This document shows positions 10,100 through 23,436 of a DNA stretch of 64,000 nucleotides, one piece after another (position 1 is the stretch's first letter; each line of letters begins with the position of its first letter). This stretch comes from a virus. Taxonomy: Duplodnaviria; Heunggongvirae; Uroviricota; Caudoviricetes. The DNA lies in IMG/VR virus record IMGVR_UViG_2711768056_000005, one strand, 5' to 3'. The notes under the pieces are model-generated. The model saw only the letters and a program-made list of their open reading frames with translations. It was not told the DNA's origin and did no database searches. Position numbers and translations under genes: made by a program.

Positions 10100-10588
10100 T
10101 CAAAACGGAATATCGTCGTCAAAGTCCATTGGAGGTTCGTTATTGGCGTTGCTCTGAGGTTTACCGCCACCACTGTATTGCTGGTGGTTTTGAGGTTGGT
10201 TTGATTGCCCCCAGCCATTTGAGGACTGTGAATCGTCACGGCGAGCGCCGATCATTTGCATGGTGCCTCCCTGGCTGACGATAATTTCCGTCGTGTAACG
10301 TTCTACACCGGCGTCATCTGTCCACTTACGGGTTTTAAGTTTCCCTTCGATGTAGACCTGAGAACCTTTTCGTAAATACTCACTCGCAATTTCAGCAAGT
10401 TTTCCGAACAAAACGACTTTATGCCATTCTGTTTGCTCTTTCTGTTGGCCCGTTTGCTTGTCGCGCCATGATTCATTCGTTGCGATGCTGAGTCTTCCGA
10501 CCGCGCCGCCATTTGGTATATACCTGATCTCCGGGTCTTGCCCCAGGGTACCAATCAGGATGACTTTGTTTACACCGCGTTGTGCCAC
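10100..10588 (-). CDS. ssb: Single-stranded DNA-binding protein
   Basis: 162 aa; OB-fold N-terminus, Gly/Gln-rich linker, canonical acidic tail DFDDDIPF. Confidence 0.95.
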   Translation of the reverse strand: MAQRGVNKVILIGTLGQDPEIRYIPNGGAVGRLSIATNESWRDKQTGQQKEQTEWHKVVLFGKLAEIASEYLRKGSQVYIEGKLKTRKWTDDAGVERYTTEIIVSQGGTMQMIGARRDDSQSSNGWGQSNQPQNHQQYSGGGKPQSNANNEPPMDFDDDIPF

Positions 10589-10607
10589 TTGCCTTACCTA
10601 ATAAAAT

Positions 10608-10624
10608 AAATTAATTAGAGCAAT
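10608..10624 (-). promoter_or_regulatory. C1 operator (16/17 to ATTGCTCTAATAAATTT) in ssb/lyz divergent region
   Basis: AAATTAATTAGAGCAAT on plus strand. Confidence 0.6.
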
Positions 10625-10757
10625 AATGTATATCTTTGAAACGTAGCTAACAAGTGATTTGCATTATCCTGTGCCTTCTAAAGGGATCGAGTCAGTCGGT
10701 ATTGGCTGTGAATGGGTGTTTGTCCTGGAGCGTAAAAAATTCGCTTATGAGGTCTTT

Positions 10758-11315
10758 ATGAAGGGAAAAACAGCCGCAGGAGGCGGTGCAATTTGCGCTA
10801 TCGCGGTGATGATTACCATCGTGATGGGTAATGGCAATGTGCGAACCAACCAGGCGGGGCTTGAGCTTATCGGAAACGCTGAAGGTTGCCGACGTGATCC
10901 ATACATGTGCCCGGCGGGTGTATGGACTGACGGGATTGGTAATACACACGGGGTAACGCCGGGTGTGCGAAAAACAGACCAGCAAATCGCCGCTGATTGG
11001 GAAAAGAATATCCTGATCGCTGAACGCTGTATTAATCAGCACTTCCGGGGCAAAGACATGCCCGATAATGCCTTCAGTGCAATGACAAGCGCGGCATTCA
11101 ATATGGGATGCAATAGCTTACGGACCTACTACAGCAAAGCGCGAGGCATGCGAGTAGAAACGTCCATCCACAAGTGGGCGCAGAAAGGGGAATGGGTGAA
11201 TATGTGTAACCATCTCCCTGATTTCGTGAACAGTAACGGCGTCCCCCTGCCCGGGTTAAAGATGCGCCGTGAAGAAGAACGCCAGCTTTGCCTGACGGGG
11301 CTTGTCAATGAATAA
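10758..11315 (+). CDS. lyz: Endolysin Lyz (T4-lysozyme-like with N-terminal SAR signal-anchor)
   Basis: 185 aa from MKGKTAAGGGAICAIAVMITIV; Gly/Ala-rich SAR domain typical of P1 Lyz; ORF extends upstream to 10659. Confidence 0.88.
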   Translation: MKGKTAAGGGAICAIAVMITIVMGNGNVRTNQAGLELIGNAEGCRRDPYMCPAGVWTDGIGNTHGVTPGVRKTDQQIAADWEKNILIAERCINQHFRGKDMPDNAFSAMTSAAFNMGCNSLRTYYSKARGMRVETSIHKWAQKGEWVNMCNHLPDFVNSNGVPLPGLKMRREEERQLCLTGLVNE

Positions 11316-11562
11316 ACTCCGGCAGCTCCGCCGACTTTCGACAATGAAGTTATCGCTGGCGGCGATAGTTTTTGACTCGATTTTCATGGCGGTATATGTG
11401 CTCAATGAGACGTGGCCACTGGAACCGCTATTGTATGCCGGGCTTCGGCTGTGCCTGACTTTTTTGAGCATGGCTGCAAGATTGATGCAGCAGAAAGAAA
11501 CCGCTTCAGATTGTCCACGCCGCGCGGTGCGCAAATATATGGCACGCAGGCGAAGGCGATAA
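11302..11562 (+). CDS. Small membrane protein downstream of lyz (lysis accessory candidate), Arg-rich C-terminus
   Basis: 86 aa, TM segment LSLAAIVFDSIFMAVYVL, overlaps lyz stop. Confidence 0.4.
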   Translation: MSMNKLRQLRRLSTMKLSLAAIVFDSIFMAVYVLNETWPLEPLLYAGLRLCLTFLSMAARLMQQKETASDCPRRAVRKYMARRRRR

Positions 11563-11606
11563 TAGTTAACGAGAACCCCGGCAGCCGCCGGGGTTATTTT
11601 TGGTGG

Positions 11607-14337
<2,731 letters not shown>

Positions 14338-14403
14338 TTAATTAGAATAATTCGCATCGTGTTTGAACGGAATTTAACACTAGTCACTTGTTAAGGATTA
14401 CCA

Positions 14404-17400
14404 ATGAACAAGCTATCTATGGGGGTGTTTCGCTGTTCAAGTGTCAGCGAAATATTGAAATACATTAGTGCAATAACATCTCACCGAGCGCCGATTAAAT
14501 ACGGCGTGGAAAAGGTGGAAGGCAAAAGCTATGACCGACTGCGCCGGGAGGCGAATCAGAAGGCGATAGATTTGCTTAATTCGCTGGTGGACGGCGCGAC
14601 ACTGACAGATGAACAGCGCCAGATCCTGGCTGGGTACACCGGTGAAGGCGGCATTGGCGGGTCCGTCTCCGAATATTACACACCAAAGCCGATCGCTGAA
14701 GGTGTCTGGGAGATCATGAAGCTCTACGGCGCGGACGTAGGTAACACTCTGGAACCATCGGCGGGAACCGGCGTTTTTAATGAGACAAAACCGGTTGGTA
14801 CGGTGATGACCGCGACTGAGATCAGCAGTATTTCCGGTCGTATAAACCAGTTGTTACACCCGGAAGACAGCGTACAGATTTCCCCGTTCGAACAGCTGGC
14901 TATAAGCACGCCTAACGATTCATTCGACCATGTTGTGGGTAACGTTCCGTTCGGCGGTCGTGATAACACACGCAACATCGATAAGCCTTACGCAGAAGAA
15001 ACGGACATGGGTTCTTACTTCATGCTCCGCATGCTGGACAAGATAAAGCCAGGCGGATTCATGTGCGTGATTGTGCCGCCGTCCATTGTTTCAGGTTCAA
15101 ACATGAAGCGGTTACGCCTGCGCTTATCCCGTAAAGCTGAATTTCTTGGCGCTCACCGCTTGCCTACTGGTACTTTTGACGCAAACGGGACCAGTACAGT
15201 CGTTGATGTGGTGCTGATGCGCAAACATCCGGCAGAGATGGCTGAGAAAATCCCCCTGGTGGATGAAAGCACTCTTGAATCGGCAAATGTGCTTTGGCCA
15301 ACGTTTATTTCTGGCAAGTGGTTTGAAAAGGATGGCCGCCGGTTTGTTCATGGCACCCAGGAAAAGGGCTTCCAGGGGCGTATTGAGGTTCGTGCCGACG
15401 GTCAGATTGATAACCAGGCTCTTAAAGCGAAGCTGATTCATCGTTTCGAAAGCCGTATCGACTGGTCTTTGCTCGATATGGCTGAACCGTCACCGACCGC
15501 AGACGTTGTTGGTGAAGGGGAAATGCGCCTGATTAATGGCGTATGGCAAAAATATGCTGGTGGTCGCTGGATTGAAGCTGATGCTGGGAAGGAACTTAAG
15601 ATCGATGCTGCCAGTTATGGCGCGGATAGCTGGGAGGCTCTTCAGCGTAACCTGACTACAACAGAAGGCCGTCTCGGCATGACATTTACCCAGATGGCAA
15701 ATGTCCGCGATAAGTACACCACATCAATCAGCGACGATATGGTGCAGCTGGTGGACTGGATTAACAGCCAGCCTGAAAAATACCGTGAACGCTTGTATCG
15801 CGGGGCGATGATTGGCCGGATGTTAATTGAATATCAGGACATGAAGGCCGCCGGGCATAGTGCTGAACAAATCGAACAGCAGCGCCTTTCTCTGGTATCT
15901 CGTTTGCAGGCAGAGATTGACCGTTTTGGTAACCCCGGTCGCGGTCCGATAGCGAAATTATCGGGGAGCGGTGCGCGCGCCTGGTTTGCTTTCCGTGGTG
16001 CAATTAAGCTGGATGGCACTATTTCTGACGAGCTGACAGGAAAACTGGTTACGCATGATTCCAGCGCCAGTTATGACTCCACCAGCTATCAGGACACCCT
16101 GCGTTATCTCTACAGTGATCTCACTCGCGATCCAATCCAGCTCGATGATTTCCGCCTTGCGTTTACCGGCGAACTGCCAGCCAGTGATGACGAGTTGCTT
16201 AATTTATTGGCCAGCACCCCTGGCATTGCGGTTTCACCGTATGGCGGGATTGTTCCGTTCGCCCGCGCCACCAGCGGCGACATTAACGAGATAGTGGCTC
16301 CAAAACAGGAATTCCTTGCCACACTCCCCGACGGTCCAGTAAAGAACAACGTCCTTAATCAGCTGGCAGCGATCGAAGAGAAGCGCATCAAGACGCCAGC
16401 AGAGAATATCCGCTTTAAGCTCAATAGCCGTTGGTTCGACCGCTCCGTCATTCTGGAGTTTTTGCAGGAAAACGGCTATCCGGATCTGCGCTATGTGCAG
16501 TCAGTGCAGCTGGAAGGCGACGAAATGGTTTCTGACACCTATCACGGTGGTGATGGTCTGTTCGTCGGGCACCGATACGGTGTCGTCCAGCGCAAGGATA
16601 AAGAAACAGGCGAGATCCGCTACGAGTGGGACCGTAAATCAGGTGAAAACGCGACCGGGTTCCCGGCACAGCTGGAAAAGTATCTCAATGGTGCGCGTAT
16701 CGGTGGCAAAGATAGCGCGACGGCGAACGGCTACCGCGAGCAGATGGCACTGCTTGAGGACCAGTTCAATAAGTGGATCAAGACGCACGATCGCTACGAT
16801 GAGCTGGTTGCCAAATACAACGATGTGTTCAATAGCAATATCCCGTTTGAACACTCTGGCGATCCGCTTGGGTTGAAGGGATTAAGCGGTAAGCGCCAGC
16901 CATTTGATTACCAGAATAGCGAGGTGCGCCGACTGTCCGAAGATGGGCGCGGCATCCTGGGCTTCGGCACCGGGCTGGGTAAAACCACGACCGCGCTGGC
17001 GCTTGAGGCGTTCAACTATGAGAACGGTCGCTCCACCCGTACTGCTTATGTAGTGCCTAAATCAGTGCTGGAAAACTGGTATTACGAAGCAAAAGAGTTC
17101 CTGAGTGAAGAGGCATTCAGTAACTACCTGTTCGTCGGTCTTGATGTGCTGATGGATGGCGATCAGATTCGCCAGGTGCCGGTGCTCGATGAGAACGGTA
17201 AACCTGTTCTTGGTACTGATGGCACTCCAGTTATGCGCGATGCTCTTAAGCTGGCAGATGAAGCCACTATCACGGCGCGGATGAACGCGATCCCGCACTC
17301 AAACTACCGTGCAGTCGTGTTTACCAAAGAACAATACGCCCGCATTCCGCTACGTGATGACACCGTAGATGAGCATGCACAAGACATGCTTTATGACTTC

Positions 17401-20400
17401 GTTGCCGCCGGGCGCGTAGCCAGCGCAATGGACTCCGACTCCCACCGCAAAGAGGCCGCGCGTCGCCGGGTATTGTCGGAGTATTCAGATACCGGCACCG
17501 AAAAAGCAGAGAAGTATCCGTACTTTGAGGATATGGGCTTCGATAGTGTGATCGCCGACGAAGGTCACAACTACCGCAATAGCTATAAAAATGGTCGCGA
17601 AGCGTCACAGCTGGCCTATCTGCCCACCAGCGCGGTGGCGCAATCGGCGCGAGATATGGCAATCAAAAACGCGTACCTGATGAAAAAGAATGGCGGGCGC
17701 GGGCCGGTTCTCCTGACTGCAACGCCAGTCGTTAACACCCCGATCGATGCATACAACATGCTTTCTCATGTGCTGCCGAAGGAATACTGGCAGAAGATGG
17801 GGATCTACGGTCCTGATGACTTCGTTAAATTCTTCGGCAAGACCAGGCTGGAAACGGTACAGAAAATCAGCGGTGAAGTTGAAGAAAAAATGGCGCTGGT
17901 GGGATTTGAAAACCTTGATGCGCTGCGCGGTATATTCCATCGCTGGGTAACGCTTAAAACGGCGGAAGACGTTAAGGATACCGTGGAGATCCCGGAGCTG
18001 GACGAACACCAGCAGGATGCACCACTTACTGAAGAACAACTGGCGGCGTATGAAGAATTGCGTCAGCAGGCGGAAGCGGCAGCCAAAGCCAACAATGGCG
18101 TAACGACCTCGGTCAATGAAGACGGCGTGATTGAGCACGAGAAAGCCCGTCCGATCTTCTCAATAATCAGGGATATGGACCGCGTATGTACTGACATGGA
18201 CCTGTACTATCGCCGGATCACCTATCGTTTCCTGCCGGAGTACGCCGATGCGGTGCAGCAGCTGGCGGACAGTTTGCCTAAACAAGCCACCAGCGAAGAC
18301 GACGACAGTGATGATTCAATCACGCAGCAATCGCAATATTCCCTGATAGATAAGGGAGAGTTTATTCAGTTGCAGGTTCCGGAAGCGTTCGAGCAGGAAG
18401 TGAATAAGCGCCTGGCCAGGTTTGGCATTGACGAACAGACCGTAACTCACCCCGTTACGCCCAAATACGCGAAGCTGATCGCCACGCTGAAGGAGTTTTT
18501 CCCGGAAGGTAAGCAAATCATCTTCACCGATGAAAAAACGCAGCACCAGAAGCTCAAGCGCATTATCTGCAATGCTCTTAACCTTGAACCTTCAAAGGTG
18601 GGGATCCTGAATGCTCAGACGGTTGCCGAGGCAGGTAAAACCGGTAAGAAACTGAAAGCGGTTAAACCGCCGAAAGAGTTACCGGATGAACCAACAGATG
18701 AACAGATAGCGAAATACAACGAGCAAATGGCTCTGTATGACGCCTATATCGCGCAGCAAAATGAAATGTCGTTGGGCGGTCTGGAAAAGATTGCAGCCGA
18801 CTTCCAGGAGGGCCGGACTCCGATCATCATCTGCAACAAAAAGGCAGAGGTGGGTATCAACCTGCATCGAGGAACGACTGACATCCATCATCTGACGTTG
18901 CCATGGACACCAGCCAGTATCGCACAGCGTAACGGTCGCGGTGCCCGAGTTGGCTCCAACCGTGCAAGCGTTCGCGTTCATTACTACTGCGGCAAGGGTT
19001 CTTTCGATGAATACCGACTGAAGACGCTGAAGCGTAAAGCAGGCTGGATCTCCGATATCCTCCGTTCAGATAAGTCAGAAATGGAGAACGCCGACGCCAA
19101 CGATATGATCGAAATGCAGATGTATACCGCTAAGGATGATGGCGAACGTCTGGCAATGATGCAGGTTCAAATGGATAAGGCGAAAGCCGCGCAACGCGCT
19201 CGCCAGAAAGAACAGGCTACTATCGACCTTCAGAACTACATCAAGGCACAGCACGCAGCTGGTGAGGATGTGGAGGTGCTTACCGCTGAATTAGAGCGAA
19301 GCAAAGCGGAACTTGAAAAGACCACCGCCGACGTCGCCAAATTCAAACAGGCGGTAATGGCCAAAGCAGCTGATAACGCAGACTGGAAAGCCCGCTGGGG
19401 TAGCGTCCATCACACAGACCGTACGTTGTTAGCACAGTATCGCGCGTCGTTGAAAAGCGCCATTCAGCGCAAGGCTAATATCTCTCAAGCCATCTCCCGC
19501 TATGAGAAATTATTGAACCGTGCTCAGAAGGCCGCGACGGATATCAAACGCCTGCGCCCGCTGGTGGAGGATGCAATAAATAAAGGCATTCTGGATGTTG
19601 ATCCTGACCTGGTTAACCATGCGAGTGAGTTCCTTGTTATCGGCGATCGCTCATGGCGTGTAGGCCAATACTACGATTGTGCCGGTGATATCGTTCGCAT
19701 TAAGTCGCTGGACTTCGACAGCCAGCGCGCAGACGTGGAGATTATCTTTACCTTCAAAGGTACCAAATCGGGTAACTGGGATGTGAAGACGCTGGATAAA
19801 CAGGTTGATGTAACTCCCGATGAAGATGCTGTTATGCAGAAAATCAGTGGTGGCGTCTCCATTGCCGGGATTAACGACATCATTTCCTGTGACGATTTCT
19901 ACCGTTTCCAGCAGCGCGGCATGATCAAAATCACTGACTCATACGGCGTTCAGACTACAGAGTCAGGCTATAGCATTGATTTTGTTGGTACCTATACGGA
20001 CCCACTGAAGCATGCGGTTTACCCGGATCGCCGTGACGGCGCGCTGAAGTCGTCAATTGCAAAATGGGTGCTTGGTATGATGTCGGAAGGGAATAACCGC
20101 CAGATCCGTTCGGCAGAAACATTCCTGGTTGAACTGTTTGGCTCCAATTATGGCGATGTAATCGCGTCATACGGAGATACGCTATCCCCTGAAGCAATTC
20201 AGGAGAAAATAGCGGATGCGATCGCCAGAATGCCGGAAAAAACAAGCCAGGGGGCTACTCGTAACGGGGATTCTGAACTTGAAGTCACCAATGCCATTTT
20301 CGGTACCAATGAGTTCCGGGCGTCAGATTATGAGATCACCACAGCACAGTTTGGCACCATTGGCATTTACAGCAATAAAGACGAGATCAAGCAGGCAATG

Positions 20401-21171
20401 GACGCAGCAAGTGCGCGCATTGCAGCAGAACGGAAAGCCAATCTGAATCATGCAGTCGCCGCGCTGACTCAATCGTGGGTAACAGCAATCAGGGAGGCCG
20501 CCACCACAGGAAAAATCACACCGGCAATTGCGGATGTCGTAAACGACGGCTCTAAATTTATGGATGCCTATCAAATGGATGCGGTGCAGTTGCCATCAGC
20601 CTATGGCCAACTCAGCTATCGCATGACCTACAACCTGGTATCAATGTTTTCCGACCTTGCCATCCTTGGGCTGGTGGACCTTAACGAGGTTACGCCGGAA
20701 TTGCTCAGCATGCGCAAGAACCATGTGGAGATATTGCACAGAATTAACACGGTACTTTCCGGGCGCACCGATGAAGAGAAACAGGCAGACGCTGATCGGA
20801 TAAACCTGGCCCTAGGCAACATCACGGAGGAAGAAATTGCCGCCAGAAACGAGAAACAAGAAGAGTTATCATCAATACAGGGTGATGCCACCAGCATAGC
20901 TCAGTCTCTTGGTCTGAATTATCGCGTATCCACCGCCGACCTGAAGATGATGTACGCACCAAAATTCGCCGCTGGCGAGGCATTTGGGCTTCAGGAGGCG
21001 TCCGGCATGAAAGGCATTCTTTTCCGTGCTAAAGACGCAATCAAGGAAAAATTCGGCGCTCGCTGGCTGCCAGCGAAGGCGAAGAACAGCGATTTCCCGG
21101 GTAACTGGTGGATTATCGAGACAAAACACAACGTGGCGGACGTTCTGGCCGTCATCCAACAATACGCATAA
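14404..21171 (+). CDS. darB: DarB antirestriction protein (N-terminal methyltransferase-like plus DExH helicase domains)
   Basis: 2255 aa (identical length to P1 DarB); helicase motif II VIADEGHNYRN; Walker A-like GFGTGLGKTT. Confidence 0.9.
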   Translation: MNKLSMGVFRCSSVSEILKYISAITSHRAPIKYGVEKVEGKSYDRLRREANQKAIDLLNSLVDGATLTDEQRQILAGYTGEGGIGGSVSEYYTPKPIAEGVWEIMKLYGADVGNTLEPSAGTGVFNETKPVGTVMTATEISSISGRINQLLHPEDSVQISPFEQLAISTPNDSFDHVVGNVPFGGRDNTRNIDKPYAEETDMGSYFMLRMLDKIKPGGFMCVIVPPSIVSGSNMKRLRLRLSRKAEFLGAHRLPTGTFDANGTSTVVDVVLMRKHPAEMAEKIPLVDESTLESANVLWPTFISGKWFEKDGRRFVHGTQEKGFQGRIEVRADGQIDNQALKAKLIHRFESRIDWSLLDMAEPSPTADVVGEGEMRLINGVWQKYAGGRWIEADAGKELKIDAASYGADSWEALQRNLTTTEGRLGMTFTQMANVRDKYTTSISDDMVQLVDWINSQPEKYRERLYRGAMIGRMLIEYQDMKAAGHSAEQIEQQRLSLVSRLQAEIDRFGNPGRGPIAKLSGSGARAWFAFRGAIKLDGTISDELTGKLVTHDSSASYDSTSYQDTLRYLYSDLTRDPIQLDDFRLAFTGELPASDDELLNLLASTPGIAVSPYGGIVPFARATSGDINEIVAPKQEFLATLPDGPVKNNVLNQLAAIEEKRIKTPAENIRFKLNSRWFDRSVILEFLQENGYPDLRYVQSVQLEGDEMVSDTYHGGDGLFVGHRYGVVQRKDKETGEIRYEWDRKSGENATGFPAQLEKYLNGARIGGKDSATANGYREQMALLEDQFNKWIKTHDRYDELVAKYNDVFNSNIPFEHSGDPLGLKGLSGKRQPFDYQNSEVRRLSEDGRGILGFGTGLGKTTTALALEAFNYENGRSTRTAYVVPKSVLENWYYEAKEFLSEEAFSNYLFVGLDVLMDGDQIRQVPVLDENGKPVLGTDGTPVMRDALKLADEATITARMNAIPHSNYRAVVFTKEQYARIPLRDDTVDEHAQDMLYDFVAAGRVASAMDSDSHRKEAARRRVLSEYSDTGTEKAEKYPYFEDMGFDSVIADEGHNYRNSYKNGREASQLAYLPTSAVAQSARDMAIKNAYLMKKNGGRGPVLLTATPVVNTPIDAYNMLSHVLPKEYWQKMGIYGPDDFVKFFGKTRLETVQKISGEVEEKMALVGFENLDALRGIFHRWVTLKTAEDVKDTVEIPELDEHQQDAPLTEEQLAAYEELRQQAEAAAKANNGVTTSVNEDGVIEHEKARPIFSIIRDMDRVCTDMDLYYRRITYRFLPEYADAVQQLADSLPKQATSEDDDSDDSITQQSQYSLIDKGEFIQLQVPEAFEQEVNKRLARFGIDEQTVTHPVTPKYAKLIATLKEFFPEGKQIIFTDEKTQHQKLKRIICNALNLEPSKVGILNAQTVAEAGKTGKKLKAVKPPKELPDEPTDEQIAKYNEQMALYDAYIAQQNEMSLGGLEKIAADFQEGRTPIIICNKKAEVGINLHRGTTDIHHLTLPWTPASIAQRNGRGARVGSNRASVRVHYYCGKGSFDEYRLKTLKRKAGWISDILRSDKSEMENADANDMIEMQMYTAKDDGERLAMMQVQMDKAKAAQRARQKEQATIDLQNYIKAQHAAGEDVEVLTAELERSKAELEKTTADVAKFKQAVMAKAADNADWKARWGSVHHTDRTLLAQYRASLKSAIQRKANISQAISRYEKLLNRAQKAATDIKRLRPLVEDAINKGILDVDPDLVNHASEFLVIGDRSWRVGQYYDCAGDIVRIKSLDFDSQRADVEIIFTFKGTKSGNWDVKTLDKQVDVTPDEDAVMQKISGGVSIAGINDIISCDDFYRFQQRGMIKITDSYGVQTTESGYSIDFVGTYTDPLKHAVYPDRRDGALKSSIAKWVLGMMSEGNNRQIRSAETFLVELFGSNYGDVIASYGDTLSPEAIQEKIADAIARMPEKTSQGATRNGDSELEVTNAIFGTNEFRASDYEITTAQFGTIGIYSNKDEIKQAMDAASARIAAERKANLNHAVAALTQSWVTAIREAATTGKITPAIADVVNDGSKFMDAYQMDAVQLPSAYGQLSYRMTYNLVSMFSDLAILGLVDLNEVTPELLSMRKNHVEILHRINTVLSGRTDEEKQADADRINLALGNITEEEIAARNEKQEELSSIQGDATSIAQSLGLNYRVSTADLKMMYAPKFAAGEAFGLQEASGMKGILFRAKDAIKEKFGARWLPAKAKNSDFPGNWWIIETKHNVADVLAVIQQYA

Positions 21172-21204
21172 CAGGAGCGCCCGGTTCGCCGGGCGTCGCA
21201 TAAT

Positions 21205-21645
21205 ATGGCCACACTATCTGATACAATAAAACCGAATAAAACATATCTTGAGGCGGTACTCCGTACAGCGTTGTTAGGAAAGACAGAAGACGAATACGTT
21301 GATTTCTTCCTGTCAGGGCTACGCGGGCGATTACTGAAAAATCCCCGCCTGTACCGCAGCTATGGCCCATACTGGCCGGAAATTAAAAAATTATTACTGG
21401 AGCGCGGTTATGGTAATTTCGGTCGTCTCGTTGACCGTGACGTTCGCAAAATTTACCGTTATGACCGCCCGGCGCTAACACTCATAGCCGCGACGCTCTA
21501 CAGCCAGGAGCGTTTTGATAATGGTCAGATATACTCAGCCTGGCATTTACTGCCAGTGCCTGAAGAAGTTGACGACCAGGACTATGAGTTTGAGTCTTAC
21601 GATTTGGAAGTTGAAGCCTTGGCACAGGCTGGAGAGAAAACTTGA
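21205..21645 (+). CDS. ulx: Ulx-like protein
   Basis: 146 aa, immediately downstream of darB. Confidence 0.5.
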   Translation: MATLSDTIKPNKTYLEAVLRTALLGKTEDEYVDFFLSGLRGRLLKNPRLYRSYGPYWPEIKKLLLERGYGNFGRLVDRDVRKIYRYDRPALTLIAATLYSQERFDNGQIYSAWHLLPVPEEVDDQDYEFESYDLEVEALAQAGEKT

Positions 21646-21890
21646 AAAAGCGATACTACACAGTAAAGCATGGGACGCTACGAGCATTACAAGAGTTTGC
21701 TGACAAGCATAACGTTGAGGTGCGCAGGGAAGGGGGAAGTAAAGCTCTGCGCATGTACCGTCCGGATGGGAAATGGCGTACGGTCGTCGATTTCAAAACT
21801 AACAGCGTTCCCCAGGGCGTCCGCGACCGGGCATTCGAAGAATGGGAGCAGATCATCATAGATAACGCATTGCTCCTGAATGCTGATTAA
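21642..21890 (+). CDS. lxc: Lxc-like small protein (C1 co-repressor candidate)
   Basis: 82 aa, translationally coupled to ulx; size matches P1 Lxc. Confidence 0.5.
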   Translation: MKKRYYTVKHGTLRALQEFADKHNVEVRREGGSKALRMYRPDGKWRTVVDFKTNSVPQGVRDRAFEEWEQIIIDNALLLNAD

Positions 21891-21929
21891 ACTTTCCGCC
21901 CTTTTGCCCGGTCTATCGCCGGGCATCTT

Positions 21930-22718
21930 TCAGAGATAATTACCTTTACCCGTCAATTCCCCTTGTGGTACTTGTTTTTGCGCCAGTGTTTGGGTTCCGC
22001 GAATTATGTTAATCAGAGGGCTTAGTAACGATGGTTCCTGGCGTGCCTCAACTTCTCCAGCCATTGCCCTGATGTAGTCGCCGCTGGCAACGTTGTTGTA
22101 TTCCGTCGCAAAGCAACATAGTAACGTCAGAACATGCTCTGTCGTTATTTCGCTCCAGTTGATGTTGAAAAATTCATCGCCTTTTTTATCGTGTTCGGAA
22201 TCGAAGATGCTTTGGTGGAGAATGTATTTGCCGGATTCCTTGCGCGGTAACTTGATTGCTTTCTGGCGTTCCAGCTCCTTATAAATCTGCATTGCCTCAA
22301 TTAGTACCGGCCTGCCGTTCATGAAGGGATCGCGCAACCTTACACGCTGGCCAACTCGACCAGTAATAAAGCTGTTTTCCTCTTCCACCAGCACGATAAA
22401 ACCCTTTTCCTCTTTTTCTCGCAATTCGCGCAGCAGCTGGAGTTCCATATCGCGGCGGCGTTCAGGGTAGCTGGTCCGCTCAGCCATTATCAGCTCGTTA
22501 TTGATCCATGCAGCAGTCATTGACGCCGGTTTGCCGACGCTCATCGAAACAACGCATATTTTCTTATCCATAGCGCCCCCTACAAAAAAGAAAAGCCACC
22601 AGCGGCGGCTTAGCAATACAACTGAAGGTAGCGCCCGGTACTCAGACTGTGCCGTCCATGGAATATTTGAAAAGGGATCCATCCGTACCGGGCGTGTGAT
22701 GATTCTGACTGAAGTCAC
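21930..22718 (-). CDS. mat: Mat-like protein
   Basis: ORF 262 aa; likely start at internal MDKKICVV; lies between ref and lxc. Confidence 0.45.
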   Translation of the reverse strand: MTSVRIITRPVRMDPFSNIPWTAQSEYRALPSVVLLSRRWWLFFFVGGAMDKKICVVSMSVGKPASMTAAWINNELIMAERTSYPERRRDMELQLLRELREKEEKGFIVLVEEENSFITGRVGQRVRLRDPFMNGRPVLIEAMQIYKELERQKAIKLPRKESGKYILHQSIFDSEHDKKGDEFFNINWSEITTEHVLTLLCCFATEYNNVASGDYIRAMAGEVEARQEPSLLSPLINIIRGTQTLAQKQVPQGELTGKGNYL

Positions 22719-22753
22719 TTGTCAGTTGTCAATCATTTATCATTAAAAATAAT

Positions 22754-22770
22754 ATATTTATTAGTGCATT
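22754..22770 (-). promoter_or_regulatory. C1-operator-like element upstream of mat (14/17)
   Basis: Reverse complement AATGCACTAATAAATAT. Confidence 0.4.
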
Positions 22771-23321
22771 ATGTTTGCCATCTCATAGGCGTCAGCCAGT
22801 AACTCCATCTCTGACTTGTTCAGCAGGGTGAATTCTTTCTTGCCTCCAACCACACCATCGGCATGAACAGGGACCAGCCAGGGGTATTTTGCTCTTACTT
22901 CAGCCGGTGCTGCATGCTGGTGGTGCCATCTACAAAGTGGCAATTGCTTTTTATGACAACCCGGCGCGGTACGACCGGCGATATGGTGCAGAGACACCTC
23001 ATTAGATATTACTCCATGCATATAGCAGGCAATGCAGGGGAGAGCGCCAAGAGCATTGGCGATGCGCCGTTCCTCCGCCGTTGGTGTTCTCCCCTTCAAG
23101 CCACGAGATTTTATTTTTACAGCGCTTTTCCGCGTTTTGCTGGCTGGTGGGCGCTCTTTCTGTTTAGCGATACGGCGGTCGATAGTATCTCGCATTTTCT
23201 GATATTGAGATTCTCGCCAGACCGGATCAGCCAACTTCTCCCGTTGCCGAGCGATCGCTCGTTCTCTGGCTGCCTTCTGCCACTTGCGGCACTGTTCAAT
23301 TTTTTGTTCGATTGTTTTCAT
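22761..23321 (-). CDS. ref: Ref recombination enhancement function (HNH endonuclease)
   Basis: 186 aa; basic N-terminus, Cys/His HNH region (CYMHGV...HH...CRWHHQH). Confidence 0.85.
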   Translation of the reverse strand: MKTIEQKIEQCRKWQKAARERAIARQREKLADPVWRESQYQKMRDTIDRRIAKQKERPPASKTRKSAVKIKSRGLKGRTPTAEERRIANALGALPCIACYMHGVISNEVSLHHIAGRTAPGCHKKQLPLCRWHHQHAAPAEVRAKYPWLVPVHADGVVGGKKEFTLLNKSEMELLADAYEMANIMH

Positions 23322-23419
23322 ATGGTCAAAAAAAAGGCGGCCTAATGGCCGCCTATGATGTCAAGGAGTTAAGTAATGGCACGTCTTCGTAGTTGACAAA
23401 AACTGCGGCTCAATTATAG

Positions 23420-23436
23420 CAATAAATTAGAGCAAT
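23420..23436 (-). promoter_or_regulatory. C1 operator overlapping ref promoter (-10 TATAAT adjacent on minus strand)
   Basis: Reverse complement ATTGCTCTAATTTATTG followed by CTATAAT. Confidence 0.5.

Noticed and set aside
17605-18138. 177-aa minus-strand ORF (and several similar) inside darB
   Set aside because: Entirely antisense within the 2255-aa darB reading frame, which has clear helicase motifs; no independent support.
21891-21929. Insertion sequence or res/mod remnant at the mat-lxc junction
   Set aside because: Only a ~40-bp hairpin-containing spacer is present; no transposase, inverted repeats or RM gene fragments.
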